The notes beneath the pieces were generated by a model, which had not been told where the DNA came from, made no database searches, and saw only the letters and a program-made list of their open reading frames with translations. From assembly GCF_000018105.1 (NCBI RefSeq), contig NC_009925.1:2760001-2792000 (forward strand): DNA of 32,000 nucleotides. Reading direction: 5' to 3'. The DNA comes from Acaryochloris marina MBIC11017. GTDB lineage: Bacteria > Cyanobacteriota > Cyanobacteriia > Thermosynechococcales > Thermosynechococcaceae. A program made the translations under genes and the position numbers. This document shows, in pieces, positions 8,658 through 17,863 of this stretch. How positions within the stretch are numbered: the stretch's first letter is position 1; the number at the start of each line of letters is the position of its first letter.

Positions 8658-8729
8658 AATTCGTTCCCTTTAGCTGAATCTGCTACAGTACGGTTTGGAG
8701 CTGTCGCGACGGAATTAAAAGAAAAACGC

Positions 8730-9242
8730 ATGAGATTTGGTGTTTTTGCGATTGCACTCACCCTCGGGGTGACTTTAGGTAGCTCGGCTTTCGCTGCCGA
8801 TCCTAAACATGTTGCTCAGCTCAAACAGGTCAACTCCTGTGAAGGTTGCGATCTCAGTGGCGCTGATTTAAGTGGACTCATTCTAATCCGTGCTAATCTC
8901 CGCAATGCCAACTTGCAAGGGGCGAACCTGCGCAATACCTCGTTACTCCTGAGTAATTTAGAGAACGCTAACTTAGAAAATGCGAATTTCACCGCCGCCT
9001 ATCTATACGGCAGCAACTTAGAAAACACTCAGCTCACCAGCACTGACTTTACCCAAGCCGTTTTACGGAGTGCTAAATTGCAAGGCGCTGATGTGTGTAC
9101 GGCCACCCTTGCCGGAGCAGACTTGACAGATGCTGACGTCGATTTAGACGACTGTCCCCTTGCCCCACCCCCCGGCGCTACAAAGCCAGAGACTCCAGAA
9201 GAAGAATCCTTGATCAAAGATACGCTACCAGAGACTCCTTAA
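8730..9242 (+). CDS. Secreted pentapeptide-repeat protein
   Basis: 170 aa. A signal peptide (MRFGVFAIALTLGVTLGSSAFA) is followed by ADLSGLILIRANLRNANLQGANLRNTSL... and a Pro/Glu-rich tail. Confidence 0.8.
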   Translation: MRFGVFAIALTLGVTLGSSAFAADPKHVAQLKQVNSCEGCDLSGADLSGLILIRANLRNANLQGANLRNTSLLLSNLENANLENANFTAAYLYGSNLENTQLTSTDFTQAVLRSAKLQGADVCTATLAGADLTDADVDLDDCPLAPPPGATKPETPEEESLIKDTLPETP

Positions 9243-9253
9243 TCTGAATCGGG

Positions 9254-9730
9254 TTGGTGACCGTCCATCTGTTCACCTACGGCACTCTTACCCTTCCCGA
9301 AGTGATGCAAGCGGTCACCGGTCAAATTTTCCCAGCCATGGACGCTCTGTTGCCTGGATACGAGCGCTTTTGTGTAGTGGATCAACTCTACCCAGGCATG
9401 ATCAGAACGGGGCACCAGTCTACCCTGGGCAGAATTTATTTCAATATCGATCCCGTGTCCCTAGACCGCCTCGATTATTTCGAAGGGGACCTGTATATCC
9501 GACAAGCTGTAACGGTCATTCTTCCCGAGCACTCCACTCTATATGCCGATACCTATGTTGTCCCGCCTAGCCACAGGAACCAGTTATCTCAAAACTCTTG
9601 GAGCGCAGACCAGTTTCGCAGCTTACATCTGCCTCAGTTTTTAGTTCAAGTCCATCATTGGATGGATGAATACGCTGGGAACTCATCCCCTACAACGGAG
9701 GAACCCGATACCTGGTATTTAGAGCCATAA
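9254..9730 (+). CDS. Gamma-glutamylcyclotransferase-like (AIG2/GGACT family) protein
   Basis: 158 aa with a TTG or GTG start. It has an N-terminal LFTYGTL motif and LDYFEGDLYIR. It lies 12 nt downstream of the secreted pentapeptide gene. Confidence 0.65.
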   Translation: MVTVHLFTYGTLTLPEVMQAVTGQIFPAMDALLPGYERFCVVDQLYPGMIRTGHQSTLGRIYFNIDPVSLDRLDYFEGDLYIRQAVTVILPEHSTLYADTYVVPPSHRNQLSQNSWSADQFRSLHLPQFLVQVHHWMDEYAGNSSPTTEEPDTWYLEP

Positions 9731-9806
9731 AAAATCAGTCCTCTGAACTAGGGGGAGCCATTCAGAGAACTGAGTTAGACATGAGGATCTCTAAAACAAC
9801 GCCAAT

Positions 9807-10127
9807 CTAAGGCTTTTGATAGGTCGCAACCACCTTCGGTTGAGCCTCTTGATCCGCAGCTACAGGCTGAGCTTCTTGAGGTGCAGGAGCCGAGGCTTTA
9901 AAGGTAAAGCCTAAGCGTGACTCTTCTACAGGATTGTCAGGAGAATGCTTGGGAGCAGATGTGGCGGACAGATGGCGGCACCCAGCAGGCACAACTTTGA
10001 CAATAGACGCCGCACCATTGGGACCACAGGTCACTAAAGTCCCTGCATGAGCGGTTTGTGCTAAGGCCGATGCACTGGCTAAAGAGCCAAAAATCAAAGC
10101 AGTATGAAGCAAGGCTTTTGTATTCAT
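9807..10127 (-). CDS. Small secreted hypothetical protein
   Basis: 106 aa with a signal peptide MNTKALLHTALIFGSLASASALA. The mature part is Cys-containing and Pro/Ala-rich. No family was recognised. Confidence 0.5.
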   Translation of the reverse strand: MNTKALLHTALIFGSLASASALAQTAHAGTLVTCGPNGAASIVKVVPAGCRHLSATSAPKHSPDNPVEESRLGFTFKASAPAPQEAQPVAADQEAQPKVVATYQKP

Positions 10128-10533
10128 CTTACTGACCTACTTATTGTCTCATTTGCTATGAGAGTAGTATGCACGTCCTAACTGAGGTCAGCCTGAAAAA
10201 TGTATTAGATTATACTAATTTACTTTATCTAAGTTAACGATTGTCCCCCACATCCAGCCCGTAAAGCACACGGCTAGACGACATTTTGTATGGGTAAAAT
10301 TTTGAATCTTACCTATCCTCTTCAAGATTCAGCATACTGCCCCAGCAGCTCATTATCTGACCTTCAAACTCAGCTCTGAAGCGTCGAAAGCTCGCTTTAG
10401 AGTGGGAATCCTAACTAGTAGCAGGCTAGATCACCGCCGACCCATAGCTGGGGACCACACTTCTCTGCAAACCCTCCGCTAGTTGGGAGAGCGAAGGATC
10501 AGCCTATCCATCCTCTATCTTGTCTAGACCTTA

Positions 10534-13500
10534 ATGAAAACATCGGTAGAACTCTCCCAGTCTGTCTCAGATCGTCTATCTGCCTTAATGGACCAAGGGT
10601 TCTATCTCCAGGCCTATGACTTATGCCAGTCCGTTGATCTGCGGTCGACGGGGCCAGACACTACCACCCAACTTTTGGTAGGTCGCCTCACAGGGGCTCT
10701 AGGCGCGCCCCGACAACGAGCAGCGATATTACTTCGAGCTTGGCGGCGGAATCCAGCGGATCCAGATGCGCTGTATTACTACATCAGTACGATGCTTTGG
10801 CGGCAGGGTCCCTTAGCGGCCTATCGTCTGATTCAAAAGCATCAATCGCAATTTGATCACTTCACTCCATATCAACAAGCCCAGTGGCTGGGGTTACAAG
10901 CCCAGGTGGTTTTAGAATTCCGAGACTTTGATCGAACGGACGCCTACCTCCAAGAAGCAAAGATTTTAGCCCCAGAGGATCCCTGGATCACCCTGTTACA
11001 GTCCCGTTTATGGGAGCAAGAAGATCGATATCCAGACGCTTTAGCCATGGCCCAAAAAGCCTTAGCACAGCATCTATGGTATCGCCCTGCCGTATTGGCA
11101 ACAGCCCATTTATATACCCTCTTAAACCAAGATGACCAAGCGCTGGAACTCCTCCAGCAGGCCACCACTCAGCTAGAGAGTGGAGATATTTGGGCCCAAC
11201 TCGCTGCGCTCCAACTGGAGCTGGGGCAGTATACACAAGCTCAGCACAGTTATCAGCAATACGAACAAGCCTGTCCTCTCCTGGACAAGGCCGGGCAATC
11301 TCGACTATGGTCTGCCCAAGCTGACATTGCCTACCAGAGGGGAGATTTTAATCAAGCCCATCACTTGGCTCAGAAATTAACGGAGTACCCCTACTATCAG
11401 TCCTTAGCCCAACGCCTGCTGGAGCTACCCGAGGGAGAACGGGTGATTTTACCCGTCGGTTTTGTCCGTCAGCACCACATGACGTGTGCCCCCGCCACTT
11501 TGACCACCCTTTGTGCCTATTGGGGCACCACGGTGGATCACCAGCAACTTGCGGACAGCATCTGCTACAACGGCACATCTAGCTACAGTGAGCGGGATTG
11601 GGCCAGTCAGCAAGGATGGGCGGTTTGCGAATTTACGGTGACCTGGGACAGCATTATCCAGCTGATTGATGCTGGCATCCCGTTTACCCTCAGTACCGTT
11701 GAAGCCACGTCAGCCCACTTACAAGCCGTGATTGGCTATGACAGTCGCTTGCAGACCCTGATTATTCGTGACCCTTACCATCGGGGTATCGTTGAACCCT
11801 GGGCCAAGGAATTTCTGGAACGATATCAGGCGTCTGGTCCCCGAGGTATGGTGCTCTTGCCACCAGAGAAAGCGGGCTTGTTAGAAACCCTAGACCTTCC
11901 CGATAGCCGCCTTTACGATCAGCTCCATGCACTACAAGCAGCCCTAACCCACCATGATCGCGCCACCGCCGGTGACTGGAGCCAACGGCTGAATGGAGCC
12001 GCCCCTCACCATCGCCTTGCCCTCCAGGCTCAGTTCGAGCTGGCTTATTATGATGCTGACCACACCAGTGCCTTGGCCGTGATCGAACAAATGCTGGAGC
12101 AGTTTCCCGCTGCACCGCATCTGATGTTGCAGAAACTCCAATACTTACAGGAATTGGCCAGCCGCCAAGATTGTGTTGATTGGCTCACGTATGTGATTGA
12201 GCAAGAACAGTTCCATCCCATTTTTTGGACTCGACTCGCCAAGCTCTTAAGTGACGATGCCAGGGCTGATGAATCCGCCATTCGCTTACTGCGACGATCT
12301 ATCCGGGCAATGCCGACGGAAGCCTATAACTACTTTTTACTGGCGAATCTGTATTGGTCACAACGCCAGTTTGACGTCGCACTGGACTTATATCGATTTG
12401 CAGCCTGTCTCGAAGATAAGGAGCAAACCTATGCTCACAACTATTTCCTGGCGGCTCGGGGATGCCGACAAACATCTGTTGCCCTACAGCTATTGAAACA
12501 ACGGTGGAGCCGGGACCAAAAGCGATCGGCCCGTCCTGTTTATGCTTTGGCGACTGCTTATGACCATTTAGACCGCCCTTCCGAGGCCATTGAGGTATTG
12601 GCGCAAACCCAGTCCTGGCATCCGGGCGATGGAGAGTTGCTGTTATATCGGGCCAAGTACTTGGGCGAGCATGGCCAGTTTGATCAAGCCCATGCCCTAT
12701 TGAAGGAGGCCAAAGCTAAGACGGCCCATAGTCGTTGGTTAAGTACGGCGGCCACCCTGGCACAGTATGAATACAAACCTGACCAAGCCCTCGACTTATG
12801 GCAACAGCTCATCAACGCTGATCCCTTAGATATCGAGGCGAATCGCGCCGTTAGTCAACTGTTAGCGGAACAGGAAGGCGTCACTGCCGCCCGTGAGTTT
12901 ATAGCAGCTACCTGCAGCACCTTCCCGGACCATGCAGGGTTACATCACCTCTGGTATCAACAGGTGCAGGAGGGGGATGCGGTCGTTGCAGAACAGGTAC
13001 TACGGCGACTGGTAGACATTAACCCTAAAGACGCTTGGTCTTGGCGACAAATCGCCTGGCAACTCGGTCGACAACAGCAGCTAGAGGCAGGGTTTGACGC
13101 CTGCGAAACAGCTCAGCACTTAGATCCGCACAACCCAGCCTATTTCACCATCTATGGGTATCTCTGGGTTTTAAACAAAGACATTCCCATGGCTAAGACC
13201 GCGTTCAAATCGGCCCTTCAGCGGTCTGTCGATTCTAGCCGAGCCATTTCCGAACTGATCGATATTTGCCAGTCCACAGAAGAGCAAAAAGACGTTATCG
13301 ACTTTATCTTTCACGAGTTTCAGAAACAGGTGATTACGGGGGATGGACTGTTCACCTTTTACCAATACGCGCGCACTGTCTTGACGCCTGAAGACTTTGA
13401 TCAACGCATCCAGGAAGTGCATGCCGCTCGACCCGATTTATGGCAGGTCTGGACCGTTAGAAGTCGGCAACTCCTCAGTAGCGATAGAACAACGGAAGCC

Positions 13501-15591
13501 TTGGCGATTGCAGTGGAAGCATCGGAGCGCTTTCCCCTCTTGCCCCGGGTGTGGGTAGATTTAGCAATCGTGCATCGCACCCGTAAGGATGATGAAGCCG
13601 AAGAACAAGCCCTGCAAACCGCTTTACGAATTAATCCAGGGTGGGATAGTGCCATTCAACAGTTGGCAGATCTCTATGACCGCACGAATGCGCTAGACAA
13701 ATGCAAAGCTCTGTTAGAAACGGCTCTGATGCATTCACCCCTGGAGGCCTATCTTCACGGCTATCTTGCAGATGTGCGGTGGAAACTGGATGACTGTGAG
13801 GCCGCTCTACAACAGTTGCAGAAAGCCCTTCGTCTTGATCCTAGCTATGACTGGGGATGGAACCGGCTCCAAGAATGGGCTCAGACCTTGGAACGTCCCC
13901 ACCTCACCGCAGACATCGCTCGGGAGCTAACGGTCACTCGATCAGGAGAGGCCCAGTCCTGGTTACGGTTGGCTGAATATCTGACTGGAGACGACACGCT
14001 AGATGAACGGATTGCTGCTGTAGACCAGGCCATTGCGCTCAATCCTCGCTGTTGGGATGCCTATGATTTAAAGGCTAAGGTATTGGCGGCAGCGGAGCGA
14101 TACGAAGATGCGATCGCAACCTGCTCTCCCCCTGAAGTCGACGATGACGTCCCCTCATTTTTGGGCGCTCGGGCCGCTTGGATTCAATACCAGCAAGGCC
14201 AATTTGACGAGGCCATCCAAGCCATGAAGACGATTCTGGCCAAAGATCCTGACTATTTCGCAGGATGGCGTATTCTGGCGGATTGGTATCGACAACTCGA
14301 CCACCTAGACGCGTATCTACCGACCGCGCAACAGCTGGTGCGACTGGCTCCACAAGAGTGTATTGCTTGGGGCTATCAGGGAGAAGCCAAACAAAAAACA
14401 GGAGACCGATTAGGCGCAAAAGCAGATTTTCGCAAGGCTTTTGAGCTAGATCCTGAATACAGTTTTGCCGGGTTGAGTCTCTTTGATCTCGAATTAGAGG
14501 GGCTTGAGACTGAGGCAGCCGCCAACACCTTAGCTCGATTAAAAGAGCATTGTAATGATGAATTTGTTTTGGCTCGTGCCGTTCAGCTTGCAGTCAGACA
14601 GAATGACCTGAATACGGCGACTCAAACCTTAGCACAACTCTGTATCTATCCCAGTGACCAGGAATGGCCCTTGGAGGCTGCGGTGGAGTCCATGATTGCT
14701 GCCAATTGGACCACTGAAGCTCAAACTATTCTCTTTGACGCTTTTCCCCAACCCGATGCCCATCCGAAGGTGGGATATCACTGGGTCTACTGTTGTGAGA
14801 AGCTGAAACAACGGAAATTTTGTCAGAAACAATTACAGAAGTTTCATCCTGACCATCCAGTCCAAAGACAGGCCCTGATCACTTATATCCGTCTTTTGGC
14901 CTATCGCAATTCTTCCGGTCCCTTGCTGAAGTTTCTCCGGGAAAACCGAGACCTTTTGCGATCGCACACTGAAACCTGGGGCATTGTGGGTTATGCCTTA
15001 TCAGAACGGCGAGAGCACAAAATCAATCTCAAATGGTTATCCGATTGGAAAGCACGCAGTGAGGTGAAGCCATGGATGCTGCTCAATCTCGTGCAATCAC
15101 TCCAAGCAACCCAGCATCCTGCTGATGCTATCTCAGTTAGTCAATATTCCCTTACCCTTCCAGAAGATGATGGGACCCTAGTCCATCGGCTCTGGCTAGC
15201 TTATGCCGCCAGCCATGAAGGGCAGACTATCAAAGCCAACCATTACTTGCAGGATATTGATCCAAAATATTTAGAGAAGGAGTATCTGTTTCTCCAATAT
15301 CTCGTAAAGGCCAATCTAGCGATTGACTGTACAGAACTGCCTCGTCGTCAGCGTTTGGAGCAAGCCAAGTTACATGTACAGCAAGCGATGGCTGTTCATT
15401 CCGAGTTTCGAACTCGCTTTTATTGGCAGCATGTCTTCTCCAGTAGTGTATGGAGAATTGCGAAACAGAGTCGGAATATCAGCGGTTATATCTGGGCTCT
15501 CTCCCAAAGCATCCCACCTGATATCTTTTGGGCCATCATCTATCTACTGGGAACCCTCTTTTTTCTGATCCTCAAAATTATGAATCCGTAA
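10534..15591 (+). CDS. Giant TPR-repeat protein with embedded C39-like (papain-fold) cysteine peptidase domain and C-terminal transmembrane anchor
   Basis: 1685-aa uninterrupted ORF. The peptidase core is at about 11431-11823: VRQHHMTCAPATLTTLCAYWG (Gln312/Cys318, TGT at 11485-11487), SAHLQAVIGYD (His395) and LIIRDPY (Asp413). TPR-like A/L/Y/W-rich 34-residue periodicity lies on both sides. The last ~30 aa (IFWAIIYLLGTLFFLILKIM) are hydrophobic. Confidence 0.75.
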   Translation: MKTSVELSQSVSDRLSALMDQGFYLQAYDLCQSVDLRSTGPDTTTQLLVGRLTGALGAPRQRAAILLRAWRRNPADPDALYYYISTMLWRQGPLAAYRLIQKHQSQFDHFTPYQQAQWLGLQAQVVLEFRDFDRTDAYLQEAKILAPEDPWITLLQSRLWEQEDRYPDALAMAQKALAQHLWYRPAVLATAHLYTLLNQDDQALELLQQATTQLESGDIWAQLAALQLELGQYTQAQHSYQQYEQACPLLDKAGQSRLWSAQADIAYQRGDFNQAHHLAQKLTEYPYYQSLAQRLLELPEGERVILPVGFVRQHHMTCAPATLTTLCAYWGTTVDHQQLADSICYNGTSSYSERDWASQQGWAVCEFTVTWDSIIQLIDAGIPFTLSTVEATSAHLQAVIGYDSRLQTLIIRDPYHRGIVEPWAKEFLERYQASGPRGMVLLPPEKAGLLETLDLPDSRLYDQLHALQAALTHHDRATAGDWSQRLNGAAPHHRLALQAQFELAYYDADHTSALAVIEQMLEQFPAAPHLMLQKLQYLQELASRQDCVDWLTYVIEQEQFHPIFWTRLAKLLSDDARADESAIRLLRRSIRAMPTEAYNYFLLANLYWSQRQFDVALDLYRFAACLEDKEQTYAHNYFLAARGCRQTSVALQLLKQRWSRDQKRSARPVYALATAYDHLDRPSEAIEVLAQTQSWHPGDGELLLYRAKYLGEHGQFDQAHALLKEAKAKTAHSRWLSTAATLAQYEYKPDQALDLWQQLINADPLDIEANRAVSQLLAEQEGVTAAREFIAATCSTFPDHAGLHHLWYQQVQEGDAVVAEQVLRRLVDINPKDAWSWRQIAWQLGRQQQLEAGFDACETAQHLDPHNPAYFTIYGYLWVLNKDIPMAKTAFKSALQRSVDSSRAISELIDICQSTEEQKDVIDFIFHEFQKQVITGDGLFTFYQYARTVLTPEDFDQRIQEVHAARPDLWQVWTVRSRQLLSSDRTTEALAIAVEASERFPLLPRVWVDLAIVHRTRKDDEAEEQALQTALRINPGWDSAIQQLADLYDRTNALDKCKALLETALMHSPLEAYLHGYLADVRWKLDDCEAALQQLQKALRLDPSYDWGWNRLQEWAQTLERPHLTADIARELTVTRSGEAQSWLRLAEYLTGDDTLDERIAAVDQAIALNPRCWDAYDLKAKVLAAAERYEDAIATCSPPEVDDDVPSFLGARAAWIQYQQGQFDEAIQAMKTILAKDPDYFAGWRILADWYRQLDHLDAYLPTAQQLVRLAPQECIAWGYQGEAKQKTGDRLGAKADFRKAFELDPEYSFAGLSLFDLELEGLETEAAANTLARLKEHCNDEFVLARAVQLAVRQNDLNTATQTLAQLCIYPSDQEWPLEAAVESMIAANWTTEAQTILFDAFPQPDAHPKVGYHWVYCCEKLKQRKFCQKQLQKFHPDHPVQRQALITYIRLLAYRNSSGPLLKFLRENRDLLRSHTETWGIVGYALSERREHKINLKWLSDWKARSEVKPWMLLNLVQSLQATQHPADAISVSQYSLTLPEDDGTLVHRLWLAYAASHEGQTIKANHYLQDIDPKYLEKEYLFLQYLVKANLAIDCTELPRRQRLEQAKLHVQQAMAVHSEFRTRFYWQHVFSSSVWRIAKQSRNISGYIWALSQSIPPDIFWAIIYLLGTLFFLILKIMNP

Positions 15592-15711
15592 ACCAGGCAG
15601 TTCCCCTTTCATAGCTTGGCCCTAGTACAACCCCTACAGCAGACATGTCCGGTAACAGGCCTAAAGACTGGTTTGGCATCAGTATTGTGATGCTTAGAGG
15701 TTATAGAACCA

Positions 15712-16026
15712 TCAGCCATCAGGGCGTTCGAGGAGCTTTTTCAGCAACGTATAGACATCCTTCTTGTCCCCTTCTTTTCTGCGACCCACACCAACTACGA
15801 CGACAATGATTTTCTCTGACTTCACTTGGTAAACAACCCGATACCGTTGACCGACGGCCCTAACGCTATACAATCCCTTGAGATCACCCGTTAAGGGTTT
15901 ACCCTGTTGCAGAGGTTCACGCTTGAGTTTTTGAATTCGATGGATAATCCCTTGTTGTTCACGTCGATCCTTGATTGCACCGATCATCTCTAGGGCAAGT
16001 TCCGTCAACTCAATGTGAAATTCCAT
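15712..16026 (-). CDS. Type II toxin, RelE/ParE family
   Basis: 104 aa. GKPLTGDLKGLYSVRAVGQRYRVVYQVKSEKIIVVVVGVGRRKEGDKKDVY is the RelE/StbE pattern. It starts 9 nt downstream of the antitoxin. Confidence 0.85.
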   Translation of the reverse strand: MEFHIELTELALEMIGAIKDRREQQGIIHRIQKLKREPLQQGKPLTGDLKGLYSVRAVGQRYRVVYQVKSEKIIVVVVGVGRRKEGDKKDVYTLLKKLLERPDG

Positions 16027-16035
16027 ATTGAGACG

Positions 16036-16299
16036 CTACAATCCCAATTTTGCGATCGCATCTTCAAGCGCTAAGGTCTCACCCTGATCCGCTTGAGCTA
16101 GACTTTGCCTCAAAATATTCATCAGCTCTGGGTCAGAGAGCACTTCAAGAGTTTCCATGATGCTCTCAAACTGTTCATACCCTAGGGCAACCATTGCTGG
16201 CTTACCATGCTTGGTGATGATGACGGGTTCATCAGTCAATTGCTCGGGTAGGGTCAGCAGTTGTTTTCGAGTTTCAGTAATGGTCAAAAACTTGGGCAT
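16036..16299 (-). CDS. Type II antitoxin, Phd/YefM family
   Basis: 87 aa. ITETRKQLLTL...PVIITKHGKPAMVALGYEQFESIMETLEVLSDPELM is the Phd/YefM fold signature. Confidence 0.85.
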   Translation of the reverse strand: MPKFLTITETRKQLLTLPEQLTDEPVIITKHGKPAMVALGYEQFESIMETLEVLSDPELMNILRQSLAQADQGETLALEDAIAKLGL

Positions 16300-16310
16300 G
16301 CTTAACCGAA

Positions 16311-16337
16311 CACTAGAGTGTACACTTTAGTGTACCA
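16311..16337 (-). promoter_or_regulatory. Putative operator of the phd-relE module
   Basis: Palindrome GTGTACAC at 16318-16325 and a second AGTGTAC at 16329-16335 (the first is at 16317-16323). The site lies 12-38 nt upstream of the antitoxin start. Confidence 0.45.
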
Positions 16338-16660
16338 TCTCTGATTTGAATCAACTCACCACATCAGGCAAAATTGTCAGGAGCGGTTAGCCAAGTTGAT
16401 CAGAATCGCCATATTGCCTGCCCGATAAATTCTGTCTTTCTTGTTGTTAAGCTGACTAGACCTCCTGCAATATTCGTTTCATGGTGTGTTACGCACTCAA
16501 TTGATGCCGTGATCTAACTTGAATTTTTAGTTCGCGACCATGCCGTTAGCTGAATTATGCAAGATAGGATAAGCACTCAGCCTATCAGGCTGGTGGCAGT
16601 TCTCCAATACTGGCTACTCAAGACTGACAGATTCGTAGGCCTAACAGGATCAATGGTAGA

Positions 16661-17833
16661 TCAGTATCTTTGGGCAACAGTCATAGAGGTTTGAAGCTGA
16701 GATTGTAGAGGCTGATCTGAGTCAATGACTACCCCTTGGCCTTGAGGTTGATGGGTCTCTCCATGATGATTTACAGCATTAGGATTCGGCCAAAATAGCC
16801 AACAGCTTCCTCGTGGCAAAGTCGATATACCACTCGGATCAGACGTCAGCCAAATAACAGATTGCTGGGGAAACGGCGCTACCGTCACTTCTCCAGCTTG
16901 CACTTGGGCTAGCGTTTCCAGGATAGCTTGCCGCCCCGTTTGTAGCCCCATCTGGGCAGTCCAGAGTTCCACCTGATCTTGATGCTTTTGACCGTAAGCA
17001 TAAAGCGATGCCGCCGCAATCACCGCTTGTTCAAACTGATCAGGCTGCCAATCCCCAGAACTATCCAAAGCAATAACCAGGGTTTGGCCACCCGCAAACA
17101 TTTCCAGTTCGCGAATGCGAAGTTCGTTGTGACGAGCACTCGTACGCCAATGGACGAGCCGTAACGGGTCACCCCAACGATAGGGGCGCACTGACCGGGT
17201 CACCCCTTCATTATTATTTTGGGGGCCAATTTGTTGCGCTTGCCGCTGTCGATCCTGTTCATGGCCCGAATGATCCAGCAGAGGGCATTGCTGTAAGGGC
17301 AAAATTTGGGGATAGACAATCGCTTTGGCCTTGACCGGACGACTCCGACGACACCAAAATAGTCCTAAAGGAGCCGCACTCCGTAATTGCACATTTTGCC
17401 AACGATAGACTCCCCGTTGCTGAGGTTGCAGCGTATAGGTCCAGGTATGGGTTGCCTGGGCAGGAATCTCATCAATGCTGTGAGCAGTCGCAACCCCTAG
17501 ATTTTTTGGGGGGTGGTCGTGGACTTGCAACAGGGACTTTGCCATCTTCGTTGAGTTCGACAGCTTTAAGCCTAAATTCAAAGATTCGCCCACACTAATG
17601 GGCAATAAGGGTAGCCGCTCCACCTGTATCCCTTGCAAAGACTTTATCGGCAAGACAGCCGAGACCAGCAGCAGTCCTAACCCTAGTCCCCCTAAAACGT
17701 ATAACCAGCCTGCGAGGGTGTTCGCAGCGGCCAGCAGAAAAAAGGTGGTGAGGCCCAGAATCACCCAGCCCGCATAGGCTGGCACAGCCCAATGGGTTTC
17801 TAACCAAGATGCGAGTTTGTGGATGAGATACAT
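16661..17833 (-). CDS. DUF58 domain-containing membrane protein
   Basis: 390 aa. Two N-terminal TM helices are followed by VRPYRWGDPLRLVHWRTSARHNELRIRELE, the DUF58 signature. Confidence 0.8.
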   Translation of the reverse strand: MYLIHKLASWLETHWAVPAYAGWVILGLTTFFLLAAANTLAGWLYVLGGLGLGLLLVSAVLPIKSLQGIQVERLPLLPISVGESLNLGLKLSNSTKMAKSLLQVHDHPPKNLGVATAHSIDEIPAQATHTWTYTLQPQQRGVYRWQNVQLRSAAPLGLFWCRRSRPVKAKAIVYPQILPLQQCPLLDHSGHEQDRQRQAQQIGPQNNNEGVTRSVRPYRWGDPLRLVHWRTSARHNELRIRELEMFAGGQTLVIALDSSGDWQPDQFEQAVIAAASLYAYGQKHQDQVELWTAQMGLQTGRQAILETLAQVQAGEVTVAPFPQQSVIWLTSDPSGISTLPRGSCWLFWPNPNAVNHHGETHQPQGQGVVIDSDQPLQSQLQTSMTVAQRY

Positions 17834-17863
17834 AGAAAGGAGGGCAGCCGCAATCAGGCCAGT

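Noticed and set aside
10944-14832. Numerous ORFs of 65-117 aa on both strands within the TPR-peptidase gene.
   Set aside because: All are nested inside a 5-kb uninterrupted ORF with consistent TPR periodicity. None has a recognisable motif.
16340-16660. A 320-bp ORF-free spacer downstream of the DUF58 gene, containing a CAGCCT-atc-AGGCTG hairpin (about 16578-16592). I considered it as an ncRNA or a terminator.
   Set aside because: The hairpin is only 6 bp with no U-tract on the relevant strand, and I recognised no RNA-family features. There is not enough evidence to call a feature.
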